This document shows positions 42,519 to 53,306 of a stretch of DNA of 64,000 nucleotides, piece after piece. Source of the DNA: a virus (Duplodnaviria; Heunggongvirae; Uroviricota; Caudoviricetes); IMG/VR virus record IMGVR_UViG_3300002834_000024, positions 160,001-224,000 of that record; one strand, given 5' to 3'. Both the position numbers and the translations under genes were made by a program. The notes beneath the pieces were generated by a model, which had not been told where the DNA came from, did no database searches, and saw only the letters and a list, made by a program, of their open reading frames with translations. Position 1 is the stretch's first letter. Each line of letters starts with the position of its first letter.

Positions 42519-43468
42519 AAAAGTTTTTAAGTTGGCTTAAAAAAAATCAGGATGTTGTACTTCGCATGGTGTACAGCATCCCTGTTATTTTAGCAGTTAT
42601 CGTATCAATTAACCATGCAATAACATGGTTTGATATTTCAAATCCAAACTATTGGAGTGTTTTTTTATCTATATCGGTTGAAATTGTTGCCTTAACAACA
42701 CTTGTTGCGCTGATTTTAGGGAAGAACACATTTTCTGTGGTTACAACATTTATTATAATAACATTAGTACAAATATTAGGTAATATTTTCTTTTCATTTA
42801 ATTTTATAGATGAGAGTGGCAATTTATTTCAATCATGGGTTAAATTTGTTGATATTATTTTTACAGATAGTGAATTGACAATGGATAAACATAAATTTTG
42901 GTTGGCTACAATTCAAGGTAGTGTTGTACCATTATTATCGCTTCTTTCAATTCATCTAATTTATAGTCTGAAACTGAAAGAAGATAAAGATACTAAAAAG
43001 TTAAGTGAGGAAATAAAACCAATCCAAATTCAGAAAGAGGTAGAAGTAATTCCTGAAAAGGTTTTTAAAAAACCAACTAATTTTGAACCAATAGAAGAAG
43101 ATTTTAATGAAATAGAAGAATATTTACCTGATTTTCCAATTATTGATGAACCAAATATAGATGAAGAAGAAATTCCAGAAATTCTTGAAGAAGTTACAAT
43201 GCCTGTAATAAACGAACAGGTTGAACCGATTAAAAGGGTAAAGATACCAAAACGAATACACAAACCAGATGTAGTTGAAATATCTAATGGCGAATTTGTT
43301 CCTATTAAAGAAGATGAGACTAAATCTGATGTGGAAGAAATAATTGTTCAGGATGAAGAACCAGAACAACTGTATTATGAAGATATGGGACAACCAGCAT
43401 CAAGGGTAATCAATAAACAAAAACGTCAATCATTTTTACCAAGAGTTAAAATAAATAACAGAAAGTAA
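42515..43468 (+). CDS. Multi-pass membrane protein with acidic C-terminal tail
   Basis: About four hydrophobic helices, then a Glu/Pro-rich region. Confidence 0.6.
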   Translation: MKKFLSWLKKNQDVVLRMVYSIPVILAVIVSINHAITWFDISNPNYWSVFLSISVEIVALTTLVALILGKNTFSVVTTFIIITLVQILGNIFFSFNFIDESGNLFQSWVKFVDIIFTDSELTMDKHKFWLATIQGSVVPLLSLLSIHLIYSLKLKEDKDTKKLSEEIKPIQIQKEVEVIPEKVFKKPTNFEPIEEDFNEIEEYLPDFPIIDEPNIDEEEIPEILEEVTMPVINEQVEPIKRVKIPKRIHKPDVVEISNGEFVPIKEDETKSDVEEIIVQDEEPEQLYYEDMGQPASRVINKQKRQSFLPRVKINNRK

Positions 43469-43501
43469 CAGACAAAACTATTTATAAGAAAATTATATAA
43501 G

Positions 43502-43963
43502 ATGTCTAGAAATGATGATAAATATACACGATTAATGCTTGAAAGTATTAGGAATTTTCAACATAACCCTAATAAACCTATTCTATTGAATGAAGATACC
43601 AATACTGATTATAATAGTGTTCAAAGTATTACAATAACAAAAGAAAATTTTCCAGATTTATTTGAAGAAATTAAAAGTTCATTAATTCAAAAAATACCAA
43701 ATGTTAGACTTTCTGATGATTATCTACAATTGGATAAACAGAAAAATACTTTAACTCTATCTGGTGTTGTTCAAAACTTAAATAATTTGGAATTTACTAT
43801 TACAACCGATATTAGTAATGATGATGGGCTTTATGTAACAGTTGAAGGTCTTAATCTTACACAAGGAACATTACAAACACTCCAAGTATTACAAGGGTTT
43901 AGTAAAGTATTTATTAATGAGTGGACAATCAATAAAGTTGCTGATACCTTTAAAATGACTTAA
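43502..43963 (+). CDS. Hypothetical late protein
   Basis: TATTTATAAGAAAA at 43479. Confidence 0.6.
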   Translation: MSRNDDKYTRLMLESIRNFQHNPNKPILLNEDTNTDYNSVQSITITKENFPDLFEEIKSSLIQKIPNVRLSDDYLQLDKQKNTLTLSGVVQNLNNLEFTITTDISNDDGLYVTVEGLNLTQGTLQTLQVLQGFSKVFINEWTINKVADTFKMT

Positions 43964-43970
43964 TATCTCT

Positions 43971-44735
43971 ATGCAATATATTAACACCAAAGATTTAATA
44001 AGTAAAATAGTTACTGAATGTCTTTTTGAGATTAGTAAATTAAATAATGAATCACTGATAATAGAAGGATTAAGTGATTTATTATATCATTTTACGGATA
44101 TAAAGGGTATTAATAAAATAGCAGAAACAGATTCATTTGTTGATAATTTGGATAGAACAGGTAATACTGCATTTTTTTCCTTTTCAAGATCAAAAAACGC
44201 AAATATTGGATATGCACGAAGAAAAGGATTATGTGTTAGAATAACATTTGATGGTGTAAAATTGCAACAAAATTTTAAAGGTAGTCAGTTTGATTACTAT
44301 CGAAACAAGGGTGACTATGGGTATCTTAATTTGGGGGATGATATAAGTGGTAAAGAAGCAAGAAGAAATTATGATATACAATATAAACGCACTTTTAATG
44401 ATAAAGAACGTTTTAGTATGTTAAATCAAGAAACGGAATTTGAAGATAGGATTGAAGTAGATAAAAGAAAACCAAATAAACGTGTAGATATTGATAATAA
44501 TAATAAAGTATACATTAAAAATGTTTCAAATTACATAATACGAATTGATGTACTTCCACCAGCTTTTGAAGATGTATATTTTTTATCCCAAAGTAAGTTG
44601 GCTCAAATAACATATGTTTATTTAGATCAAAATTCATATGCGCTACAACTTAATAGAGATGTGCTTCGATTAACTGATATGGGTAAAAATCCAGCAAATT
44701 TTTCATTTAATACAAATCAGGTATATAGAGTTTAA
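43971..44735 (+). CDS. Putative ADP-ribosyltransferase-fold protein (paralog 1)
   Basis: LYHFT / FSFSR / ETEFE motif triad; paralogous to 44921..45910. Confidence 0.5.
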   Translation: MQYINTKDLISKIVTECLFEISKLNNESLIIEGLSDLLYHFTDIKGINKIAETDSFVDNLDRTGNTAFFSFSRSKNANIGYARRKGLCVRITFDGVKLQQNFKGSQFDYYRNKGDYGYLNLGDDISGKEARRNYDIQYKRTFNDKERFSMLNQETEFEDRIEVDKRKPNKRVDIDNNNKVYIKNVSNYIIRIDVLPPAFEDVYFLSQSKLAQITYVYLDQNSYALQLNRDVLRLTDMGKNPANFSFNTNQVYRV

Positions 44736-44754
44736 TTATAAAAGACAAATAACT

Positions 44755-44919
44755 ATGACACAACAAGAACTTGAAAAAGAAATCGAAAAAAGACTTGACA
44801 AAATAATGAAAAGTCGGGACTTTGAAAAGACAGTAAAAAAGATAATTTCTGATTGTTTTGTCGAGTTCAATAGAGTTATGTGGGCAAATAGACACTTTTT
44901 AAAAAATCAAATAGGATAA
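44755..44919 (+). CDS. Small hypothetical protein (54 aa, not in ORF track)
   Basis: MTQQELEKEIEKRLDKIMKSRDFEKTVKKIISDCFVEFNRVMWANRHFLKNQIG fills the gap exactly. Confidence 0.6.
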   Translation: MTQQELEKEIEKRLDKIMKSRDFEKTVKKIISDCFVEFNRVMWANRHFLKNQIG

Positions 44920-44920
44920 G

Positions 44921-45910
44921 ATGTTAAATGAAGAAAAAGATGAAGTTACTTTTTATCAGTTTCTTTCTGAATTGAAAAGTTTTTTACGTGATTTACTCCA
45001 ACACCCAGTTAAATCCGAATTGGATGATTTTTTTAAATCCAGGGGATTTAGTAAGAGTAAATTAATTGAATATCTAATCAAGACTGAAATGATTAAAAAA
45101 ACCGAAAAAGTTAATAGTGATGATCCAGAAAATGTAACACTTGAAGTTTCTTATCTTATTCCCAAGAAAGGGTTTGAAAGGAAAGTTCAAAAAATGTTTA
45201 TAAAACTATTTGAAATAAGAGAAGATATTGATAAATCATGTTTAATAGAGGGGTTAAGTGATGTATTATATCATTTTACACGTTTTGACAGACTTCTTGA
45301 TATATTAGATTCAGATGAAATGAAAGATAATGTAGATCAAGATAAGGCTAATTTTTATTTTTCATTTTCACGAGTAAAAAATGCAAGTATTGGTTATGCA
45401 AGAAATGAAAAGTCACATGTTAGAATAACCTTTGATGGAAGAATGTTATCTTATAATTTTAAAGGAAATCCCTTTGATTATTATAAAAAGAGTCAGCATA
45501 CATGGGAACGAGATTCAGATTTAAGTGGAAAAGAAAGAAGAAGACAACAAGATAATGAATTTAGGATTAATTTCAATGATGAAAAAAGTTCCCTGAATAC
45601 TGAAACTGAATTTGAAGATAGAATTGAAGTACCCTCTAACAAATTTAATAAAAATGTTAAAAGAGTTGATTCTGGTATTGTGATTAAAAATATATCAAGA
45701 TATATAAGACGAATTGATGTTTATGTTAGTGAAAAAGAATTAGATATATGGTGGATAATCAATAGACTTGTGAGGTTACATGAAAATAAACTTTCAAATA
45801 TTATATTTATTTATACTGACAAAAAGGACTTTGATTTACAAACTAATAATACAATGAAAGTAACAGATTTTATAGAAAAAAATTTTAAAGGAGAATACGG
45901 ACCGCTATGA
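44921..45910 (+). CDS. Putative ADP-ribosyltransferase-fold protein (paralog 2) with an extra N-terminal domain
   Basis: LIEGLSDVLYHFT / FSFSR / ETEFEDRIEV. Confidence 0.5.
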   Translation: MLNEEKDEVTFYQFLSELKSFLRDLLQHPVKSELDDFFKSRGFSKSKLIEYLIKTEMIKKTEKVNSDDPENVTLEVSYLIPKKGFERKVQKMFIKLFEIREDIDKSCLIEGLSDVLYHFTRFDRLLDILDSDEMKDNVDQDKANFYFSFSRVKNASIGYARNEKSHVRITFDGRMLSYNFKGNPFDYYKKSQHTWERDSDLSGKERRRQQDNEFRINFNDEKSSLNTETEFEDRIEVPSNKFNKNVKRVDSGIVIKNISRYIRRIDVYVSEKELDIWWIINRLVRLHENKLSNIIFIYTDKKDFDLQTNNTMKVTDFIEKNFKGEYGPL

Positions 45911-46239
45911 GAGAAATATCTAAATTTAAACCTAATATGAGTGATGAAATTGCACCAGTTGTATCAGTGAAATTTGAACAATCACCAAATAAAGAAGTTA
46001 TTAAAGAACATGAGAATAAACAGATAAGTTATGCTAAAACTTATCAAGATATTCAAAATGAGAATTATCAAAAAGCATTGAAAACTAAACAACAACTTGA
46101 AGAAGCATATAAGGGTGATGAAAATGGTATTATTGATTATGATAAGATTACAGAATTAAACTATCAGCTCTTATGTCAGGGAATGTGGTTGTCCAATATC
46201 CATAAAAGCGAGTATAACAGATATAATCCATTAATTTAA
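45907..46239 (+). CDS. Hypothetical protein
   Basis: ORF with ATGA overlap. Confidence 0.55.
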   Translation: MREISKFKPNMSDEIAPVVSVKFEQSPNKEVIKEHENKQISYAKTYQDIQNENYQKALKTKQQLEEAYKGDENGIIDYDKITELNYQLLCQGMWLSNIHKSEYNRYNPLI

Positions 46240-46264
46240 TTAATAAACTATTTATTATAAAAAA

Positions 46265-47647
46265 ATGAGTAAGACGATGAAATGGTCGGAAATACAACAG
46301 ATAATTAAAGAGGAAATCAATACCGAGATACAAAGAAATCCAACGATGTCTAAATCTGCTTTTCCTGAAACTGAAAAAACTTCAAATCAAGTATATAAAG
46401 ATGCGGAGTCTAAAAGGGTTGAAACTGATACTAAAAAAGCACCTGGGGCTTTACAAGCCAAAGATACCCCTATGCAACCTTATACTGGTTTTGATAGAGA
46501 TAATAATAAAGGGTTGGAACGTATTAAGTATGATAATATTGATGATAAATTTCAGAAACGAGTAAATGCTCTTGCAATGGGAAAAGATAGTCCATTACAA
46601 AAAGATATTGATGAGTCTGAACAAGGGGTATCAACTAGCGGTAATGAGAAATTTGTAAATAGATCAAAAGAAGCAAATCAATATGATAATGATACAAATG
46701 GGTTTGGTAAAGATAATAAAGCAGGAATATTGTTTGGTAGTGATATAGAAGTTTTAGATGGTGATAAACCAGCACATCAAGATTCAGCATTTGAAAATAC
46801 AAATAATAACACAAAAAATCAAATGAACGAGGAAAAAACATTGGAAAATAAAATACAAAAGGGCGAAATTTTTATTGAATCTAAAAGAGGTTTATCTTTG
46901 AAAGTAATTGGATTATCAGAAGATAAAAAAAGTATTAAATTTATAGATGAAAGTACAAATAAACAATATAGTTTATTAAAAGAAAATTTCAAAAGGTCTA
47001 TTGAAAACAATACCTTATTAAGAGAAAATGTTTTTAATGCGTATAGAGAGTGGGCATTAGCAGTTAGAAATTTTGATTTAGACCGTTCTAAACAACTTTC
47101 AGATAGTTTTAATCAAAAATATGGTATGCACCCAGTTAATACTGAATCTTTTGAGAAAGATAAAAAAACACAAGAAGCATTAGATCAAATGGCTAAAATG
47201 AACGAAGATATTGCTGCCCCTAATGCTCAATATGATGCTGATGGAAAAATAGATTCAATTTCAGAACCATTTAAAAAAGTAGTTAAAGAACCAGTTACAG
47301 GTCAAGTACCTACACCTCAACATGGTACTCTTAAAGAACAAAAATCAAGATTAATATTTAACAAGACAAAGTTCCTTTGTGAATCTCATGTGTTTTCATT
47401 AATACCTGAACATTTTAAAGTTGATGGTAAGCAATTCAAAATGATTGATAATACTGGTAATGAATATTTAATTGAATGGAACCAAAAAGCAGAAATACTT
47501 GAACATAAAAATGAAAATGCTGTTCAGGAACAAATGAAACGTATGAAGCAATTATGGGAACATAAACCAGAAAATACTGATAGAAAAATACAAGAAAATA
47601 CATGTATCTTGGATGAAGTTAGAAAAAATATTCAAAAAGAAGAATAA
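46265..47647 (+). CDS. Hypothetical late/head-associated protein (460 aa)
   Basis: TATTTAT at 46249; EIQQIIKEEI N-terminus; many L/I/M-x-E motifs. Confidence 0.6.
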   Translation: MSKTMKWSEIQQIIKEEINTEIQRNPTMSKSAFPETEKTSNQVYKDAESKRVETDTKKAPGALQAKDTPMQPYTGFDRDNNKGLERIKYDNIDDKFQKRVNALAMGKDSPLQKDIDESEQGVSTSGNEKFVNRSKEANQYDNDTNGFGKDNKAGILFGSDIEVLDGDKPAHQDSAFENTNNNTKNQMNEEKTLENKIQKGEIFIESKRGLSLKVIGLSEDKKSIKFIDESTNKQYSLLKENFKRSIENNTLLRENVFNAYREWALAVRNFDLDRSKQLSDSFNQKYGMHPVNTESFEKDKKTQEALDQMAKMNEDIAAPNAQYDADGKIDSISEPFKKVVKEPVTGQVPTPQHGTLKEQKSRLIFNKTKFLCESHVFSLIPEHFKVDGKQFKMIDNTGNEYLIEWNQKAEILEHKNENAVQEQMKRMKQLWEHKPENTDRKIQENTCILDEVRKNIQKEE

Positions 47648-47661
47648 TTAAAATAAAAGTT

Positions 47662-47829
47662 ATGTTTTCATTTATAAAAAAATTTTTTGTTAAACCTGTT
47701 GAATATAAAACATTTTCAGCAGATGAAAGATTACTTGAAAGAGAAAAAATATATGAATTAATAAAAAATGCTAAGAAAGAGATATGGATAGTTGCAGACG
47801 AACCAGATCCTTTTGTCATAACCGAATAA
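47662..47829 (+). CDS. Small hypothetical protein (55 aa, not in ORF track)
   Basis: MFSFIKKFFVKPVEYKTFSADERLLERE...; AT-rich leader. Confidence 0.45.
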   Translation: MFSFIKKFFVKPVEYKTFSADERLLEREKIYELIKNAKKEIWIVADEPDPFVITE

Positions 47830-47920
47830 AAAAAAGTATTACAACCAAAATTTTTCACCAACAATCATTGAATTGTTGGTTTTTTTTTATATATTAATCT
47901 GTATAATACATTTAATTTAT

Positions 47921-48322
47921 ATGGATGAAAAATATTATTTAATATATGTTAATCAAAGTGGATTGTCTGTTGATGGATTTAATTCATATGATTTTCTTTT
48001 TGCAAAAGATCCAACAATTGTTTATGGCGAAGGGTGGAATGTAATGCCATCAGGAATTTGTAGTCCAGAAGAAAAATTACCCCATGAATCAACTTATGAT
48101 TTACAAAAACGTGTTACAACTCAATTAAAACTTGGATTGGCACAAAATAACAATTGTTTTGCTATGCAAGATTGTATGGATGGGGTAATATGTTTAGCAT
48201 ATGAAGATATATCCGAATATGAAGAATATCCTGTAAATCGTCTTATTCTTAATTTTGGTGAAACATATGAAAATGTTGATAGAAAATTAGATGAAAAATG
48301 TTTAACACTTAAAGATATTTGA
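47921..48322 (+). CDS. Hypothetical protein
   Basis: ORF, ATG 47921. Confidence 0.6.
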   Translation: MDEKYYLIYVNQSGLSVDGFNSYDFLFAKDPTIVYGEGWNVMPSGICSPEEKLPHESTYDLQKRVTTQLKLGLAQNNNCFAMQDCMDGVICLAYEDISEYEEYPVNRLILNFGETYENVDRKLDEKCLTLKDI

Positions 48323-48324
48323 TT

Positions 48325-48528
48325 ATGGAAAAATTAATTTTATTTTTTTTCGTTTTATCATGTCTGTTTATTGTAAGAGAAATATATCTGTTTACTCAAT
48401 CTATATTGAAAAACAGAACATTAATAGATACTGATATTTTACCATATTCTGTTCCAATATTAAGACTTATTGGTATATGGATTAGTAGTGGATATATTAT
48501 AACAACATTAATTTGTGGGTTTAAATGA
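48325..48528 (+). CDS. Small two-helix membrane protein
   Basis: Two hydrophobic stretches. Confidence 0.5.
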   Translation: MEKLILFFFVLSCLFIVREIYLFTQSILKNRTLIDTDILPYSVPILRLIGIWISSGYIITTLICGFK

Positions 48529-49109
48529 CACTTGATGAAGGCATAAAACTATTGGGTGGAAGATTTCTTGGAATGAATAAAGAATCTATTCAACATGACC
48601 AAAATGGCAAAAATAAATATTTGTCAAGAATAGAAGTTAATTTTGGATCTAATGTAAAGAAACATCAATGGAGTGTTTTTGGTCATCCTATTAATATGGA
48701 TGAAGAACAACAACAGATACGAATTGTTAAAAAACGTTCCGATGATTCTGTTTTTTATTTATTTTCAATAGATGAAAATATTGATTTTGTAGATTTAATA
48801 TCACATGCAATTACTATTGTTAATGTTAATTCCGAAATGGAAAAGAAAATGATATTAATGCAAGAAAAAATAAACGAACTTGGCGAACTTTTTCAAAATT
48901 TAACATATAACGAATTAACAACACTTAAATTTGTTTATAAAGCACCCAAGAATAAAAAACAAAAATCTCCAATTAAAAATACACAAACCAATAATATTGA
49001 TGTTCACCCAGAAAATGTTGTTGAGGAACAATTTGAATACATATCACAGCCAAATGGTAAGTTTAGGGTTGATGAAACACCAGATAATGTTATTCCAGAA
49101 GATTTATAA
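48525..49109 (+). CDS. Hypothetical protein
   Basis: ORF in operon. Confidence 0.6.
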   Translation: MTLDEGIKLLGGRFLGMNKESIQHDQNGKNKYLSRIEVNFGSNVKKHQWSVFGHPINMDEEQQQIRIVKKRSDDSVFYLFSIDENIDFVDLISHAITIVNVNSEMEKKMILMQEKINELGELFQNLTYNELTTLKFVYKAPKNKKQKSPIKNTQTNNIDVHPENVVEEQFEYISQPNGKFRVDETPDNVIPEDL

Positions 49110-49130
49110 TTTAAAAACAATTTATATAAT

Positions 49131-49508
49131 ATGAACATACTTTTATTTTTTTTAGTAGTATATACCCTATCATTTGCAGTGGTATATAAAAGACCTGCAA
49201 TATTTAAACCAGTTGAATGGACATTTGAAAAGATTGGATTAGGTCCTGCATTGGATTGTATGTTGTGTATGCCAATGTATATTGGGGCTGCATTATCAAC
49301 ATTTAGTTTAATCTTTTTACCAAAGTTAATCTTTTCCCCATCATTATATTTATTTGGAACACCCGAAAGTTGGTATTATATTGTAGCCTATGTTTTCATT
49401 GATATGTTAAGTGCATCTGGAATGATTTATTTAATTGATCAAATACAGGTATATTTGGAAAACAATTATAGAGGTTTTACAAATAATACACAAATGTTGA
49501 ATGACTGA
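49131..49508 (+). CDS. Membrane protein with CxxC (DUF1360-like)
   Basis: Three hydrophobic helices; CMLC motif. Confidence 0.5.
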   Translation: MNILLFFLVVYTLSFAVVYKRPAIFKPVEWTFEKIGLGPALDCMLCMPMYIGAALSTFSLIFLPKLIFSPSLYLFGTPESWYYIVAYVFIDMLSASGMIYLIDQIQVYLENNYRGFTNNTQMLND

Positions 49509-49737
49509 TGATAATACATTATATGATTTCAAAATAACTTGGATACCAACACAAATATTAGATGATTTAATTCAGAATAAGTATTTGGACGATGTAGAAT
49601 GTCCATATTGTTTTAAAACAAACAGACAAGTATTTTCAAATGGGGATGTTTTTGATGTTACAAGTAATGGGTGTGAATTAAAATGCCCTGATTGTGAAGA
49701 AATGTTTTATCTTTCATGGGAGGGTGAACCATTATGA
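49501..49737 (+). CDS. Zn-ribbon protein
   Basis: CPYC...CPDC. Confidence 0.6.
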   Translation: MTDDNTLYDFKITWIPTQILDDLIQNKYLDDVECPYCFKTNRQVFSNGDVFDVTSNGCELKCPDCEEMFYLSWEGEPL

Positions 49738-50132
49738 TGAAAGTTAGATTAAAATATGATTATCAATTCCGTGGGGCTGAAACTTTAAAAGCTGGTACTG
49801 AATATTATATTGATGGTTATTTTTATTCCAATGAAATAATATCACAATTTATATCATCTTTGTATGCAGTTCTGATTAAAATTGATTATGATTATAGATT
49901 TGGATGTGCATTTACCTATTGTCCAGTAGAATATTTGGAAATTATTGAACTAAATAATGTAACAAATAACCTATTTATCAATAATTCAAATAAATTAAGA
50001 TTGGATTCATTTCCAACCAATTCAGTTTCAAGTAGCGAAATAGAAATAGTTGAAGAATTGGATAATTTAACTGAAATTAAAATTAATAAAGACCCTGTTT
50101 ACTATGAAGATATGGGGTTACAAGATTATTAA
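49734..50132 (+). CDS. Hypothetical protein
   Basis: ORF in operon. Confidence 0.55.
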   Translation: MMKVRLKYDYQFRGAETLKAGTEYYIDGYFYSNEIISQFISSLYAVLIKIDYDYRFGCAFTYCPVEYLEIIELNNVTNNLFINNSNKLRLDSFPTNSVSSSEIEIVEELDNLTEIKINKDPVYYEDMGLQDY

Positions 50133-50134
50133 TT

Positions 50135-50356
50135 ATGGGAGAATATAATACCGATATAGAGAATTTAGATAAAGCAATTATTTTGTGTAATAAACAAATG
50201 GAAATTGATAAGACCACCTTGATACTTAATCTTGAACAAGGTTTAGGTGATGAAATTATTAATCATTTGAATAAACAACAAAAAATAACATGGTTTAACA
50301 GATTTAAACAATCATTTGGGTATTATATAAGAATGTTTTTTAGAATGTTTGGATAA
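50135..50356 (+). CDS. Hypothetical protein
   Basis: ORF in operon. Confidence 0.55.
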   Translation: MGEYNTDIENLDKAIILCNKQMEIDKTTLILNLEQGLGDEIINHLNKQQKITWFNRFKQSFGYYIRMFFRMFG

Positions 50357-50357
50357 T

Positions 50358-50651
50358 ATGAAGAAGATAAGAAGTGAACAGGATTTGATGAGGATTATGG
50401 AAATAATATCATCTGAATATGAATGTGATGGGATGTGGATTAAGATACCAATGCCATCATATAATTTGCGAAGATTAGATGAATATTTGTTTCAAAAGTT
50501 TAATCTAAATCAAAAATATAATAATGTAAAAGTCCCAAATGAAGAAGTATATGTTAAAATGGGGAATATACAATTTCAATTAGTTGGAGATGGTAATTAT
50601 GAAAGACCAATAAAAAAAGATGAAGTTGATCAAGAATATTTTGATGATTAA
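50358..50651 (+). CDS. Hypothetical protein
   Basis: ORF, ATG 50358. Confidence 0.55.
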   Translation: MKKIRSEQDLMRIMEIISSEYECDGMWIKIPMPSYNLRRLDEYLFQKFNLNQKYNNVKVPNEEVYVKMGNIQFQLVGDGNYERPIKKDEVDQEYFDD

Positions 50652-50699
50652 TAAAAAAAGATTATTTCCAACACAAGATACAGCAGAATTTAAAAATTT

Positions 50700-51005
50700 T
50701 TAATCTTTCATAGGTGGAATTTTTTGATATTTTTGATTGAGTTTAATTAATACTTCACGATGATTTAGTTCGTCACCAATAATTTCTTGTATTTTCTTAA
50801 TATCTTCTTTATCTGTAATATTTTTTAAAATATTCAAATAAATTTCAATAGCATCACTTTCTGATTTAATTGCGCCTTCAATGCTGGCAGCAACTTCAAG
50901 ATTTGGCATTGGATATAATTTACCATCTTGATAGTATTCATTTTCTTCTTTTAATCTTTTTAAAACATCTTTAACAATGTTTTCAATTACAAATTTATCT
51001 TTCAT
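50700..51005 (-). CDS. Ferritin/rubrerythrin-like two-helix protein
   Basis: AIKSESDAIEIY...IIGDELNH (E...ExxH). Confidence 0.6.
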   Translation of the reverse strand: MKDKFVIENIVKDVLKRLKEENEYYQDGKLYPMPNLEVAASIEGAIKSESDAIEIYLNILKNITDKEDIKKIQEIIGDELNHREVLIKLNQKYQKIPPMKD

Positions 51006-52216
51006 AGTTCATCTATATTAAAATATTTATTATCATCTGATAAAGATTTTCTTTTTTCATCTATTTCATTATCAAAATTTTCTTTATCTAAATTGTATTG
51101 TATTCCATCATATAAAGACATAAGTTCAATACTACCCTTTTTTGTATCAGCAAAAACATTAATTAATAAATCATTAAATTTTTCTACTGGTTTGGTAACT
51201 ATTTCATAAAACAGATATGGAATTACATCAACCCTTAAATTTTTGGGTAATTGGTTTTCGATTTTATACCATAATGGTATTCCAAAACGTTCATCCCATT
51301 TGCTGGCAAGTCTAAAATCTGATTTTTTAATAATATATGTTGCTTTACTCTTATCTTCTGGTAATCCATTGAATGAAATTAAGTCCAAGATAGCACGAAT
51401 GGTTTCATATAATAATGATAGAAAATTAATCCCTTTTACATTAACAACAGACTTATCATAGGTTTTAACAATAACTTCTGATATGCTGCCATTAGTTACT
51501 TCATTTTCATTTAAAATATTAGCATCTTCAAGATATAATATATATTCATTCAATGCAAGAATTTTTTTATATAGTGGTAATAACTCATCACTAATTTTAA
51601 AAATATCTTTTATATAATATTCATTAAGATTAATAATACGATTGGCTATTCCTTGCATAATACAATTTATCATTCGTCTTTTATAAATTTCATCATTTAC
51701 ACCACGAATGTCCTCAATTCCATTGAAAACAACATCTTCAACACTTTCTGGTTTTAATGGTGTCTTTAAATCAACATTTTGTATTTTATCAACCATTTCA
51801 ATGGTCAAATCAACATCATTTTTGTCAATATCAAACATTTTTTTAATAATGTTCATAACAATAAATTCTAATTGATTTTTTAATGGATTTTCTATTTCAT
51901 AACACCTTTTTAATAATTCAGATAATGTTTTTTTTAATAATGTTTCATCATTTATATCAATATCAGGAAAATTCTTTATCAAGTTGTTTTTAATCCAAGA
52001 ATAACTATTTAACAATAATCGAATAACAAATTTGTTTTCATCATCGGGTGGAAATGCAGGATGATTACCAAGTGATGTTTTATCAAGTTGAATAGCAGTA
52101 ATAATGTGTTTTGGTAGAGTTGGTTCACCAGGACCATAGTCTTCCATCAATAATCTTTTATTTTCTTTAATCACATTCAATTGATTTTGTGTTATTTTTA
52201 TTTTTTTTAGATTCAT
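51002..52216 (-). CDS. Hypothetical late protein (404 aa)
   Basis: TATTTATAAGA on the minus strand at about 52235-52245; ITQNQLNVIKE N-terminus. Confidence 0.65.
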   Translation of the reverse strand: MNLKKIKITQNQLNVIKENKRLLMEDYGPGEPTLPKHIITAIQLDKTSLGNHPAFPPDDENKFVIRLLLNSYSWIKNNLIKNFPDIDINDETLLKKTLSELLKRCYEIENPLKNQLEFIVMNIIKKMFDIDKNDVDLTIEMVDKIQNVDLKTPLKPESVEDVVFNGIEDIRGVNDEIYKRRMINCIMQGIANRIINLNEYYIKDIFKISDELLPLYKKILALNEYILYLEDANILNENEVTNGSISEVIVKTYDKSVVNVKGINFLSLLYETIRAILDLISFNGLPEDKSKATYIIKKSDFRLASKWDERFGIPLWYKIENQLPKNLRVDVIPYLFYEIVTKPVEKFNDLLINVFADTKKGSIELMSLYDGIQYNLDKENFDNEIDEKRKSLSDDNKYFNIDEL

Positions 52217-53306
52217 TATTTCGCTCTAATTCCATCTTATAAATAGTATCAAGTTTGTTTGTAATCACTTCATCATAAATCTCACATAGTTTTAATGAAG
52301 TATCAACTGGTCCCATAAATGTTATATTATTGTATTTCTTTTTTTTACAAAAACCTTGAAGAAATTTGTACAATTCTATAATGATATTAACATGTGGGGC
52401 ATATATTAATTCAGTTTCGTTTGTACTGTATTTCAATATTAGGTAACAATCATATATAAATATATGTATAGGTCTGTCATCAAATATTAGATTATCTAAA
52501 ATGTACTTTACTTCTTTATCTCTATACTTGGCAAGTGTATTATCTGATCCAAACGATTTGAATAATTTTACAGTAGAAACACCAACATGATGAAATTTAT
52601 CTTCAACATTCCATTTATGTTTATTAATGATAACCCAATTACTTTTAGAATCAACAATATTATCAATCAATTTTCCATAGTCATTTGGAAATTGTGATGG
52701 TTCAGTATCATCTTCCAGTTTTAATAACAACAATTCATCATTAGCTTTATGTAATTCTCGATTGAGATAAAAATATTTTCGTGGTAATAGAATGTTTTTA
52801 TTTTCATTTAATAAATTTTCAACACCATCAAATGCTTCTTCTTGGGTAATATATTTATCAAATGATTTTTTTTGAATGTATTTATCAGTAATTACAATTT
52901 GATATACAAATTTAGCCTTTTCATCTTTTTCTTGTGCAAGTTTAAGTTTTCTTCTTTCCAACCCTAATTGCATGAAGGCTTTTCCAGCACATTCTTGTGA
53001 ACAGTATTGCCAATTATAATCTTTGCCCCTTAGTCTTGGTTTTTTCTTAAATTCACTTCCGCACCAATCACATATCCACCATATAGGTTTTTTAATTACA
53101 TAGTTTTTTATATAACCAAGTTTTTTTCGGTATCCTTCTTTGCCTTTTGTTTTATACCATTCTTTATAGAATTTCTTTTTTTGAGCTGCTAAATGAGTAG
53201 CCCATTGAGCATCAGTATAATCTTTTTTTCTTTTTCTTGTTTTTATACCTTTTGCTTCACGTTCTTCAATAGCATTTTTTCTATATTCTGGTATTTTTTT
53301 TGGCAT
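52167..53306 (-). CDS. Basic protein with CxxC...YCSxxC zinc finger
   Basis: CDWC...YCSQEC; Lys/Arg-rich N-terminus. Confidence 0.6.
   Translation of the reverse strand: MPKKIPEYRKNAIEEREAKGIKTRKRKKDYTDAQWATHLAAQKKKFYKEWYKTKGKEGYRKKLGYIKNYVIKKPIWWICDWCGSEFKKKPRLRGKDYNWQYCSQECAGKAFMQLGLERRKLKLAQEKDEKAKFVYQIVITDKYIQKKSFDKYITQEEAFDGVENLLNENKNILLPRKYFYLNRELHKANDELLLLKLEDDTEPSQFPNDYGKLIDNIVDSKSNWVIINKHKWNVEDKFHHVGVSTVKLFKSFGSDNTLAKYRDKEVKYILDNLIFDDRPIHIFIYDCYLILKYSTNETELIYAPHVNIIIELYKFLQGFCKKKKYNNITFMGPVDTSLKLCEIYDEVITNKLDTIYKMELERNNESKKNKNNTKSIECD

Noticed and set aside
43374-50117. YYEDMG hexapeptide near the C-termini of 42515..43468 and 49734..50132
   Set aside because: Only two short occurrences with no other support; could be chance.
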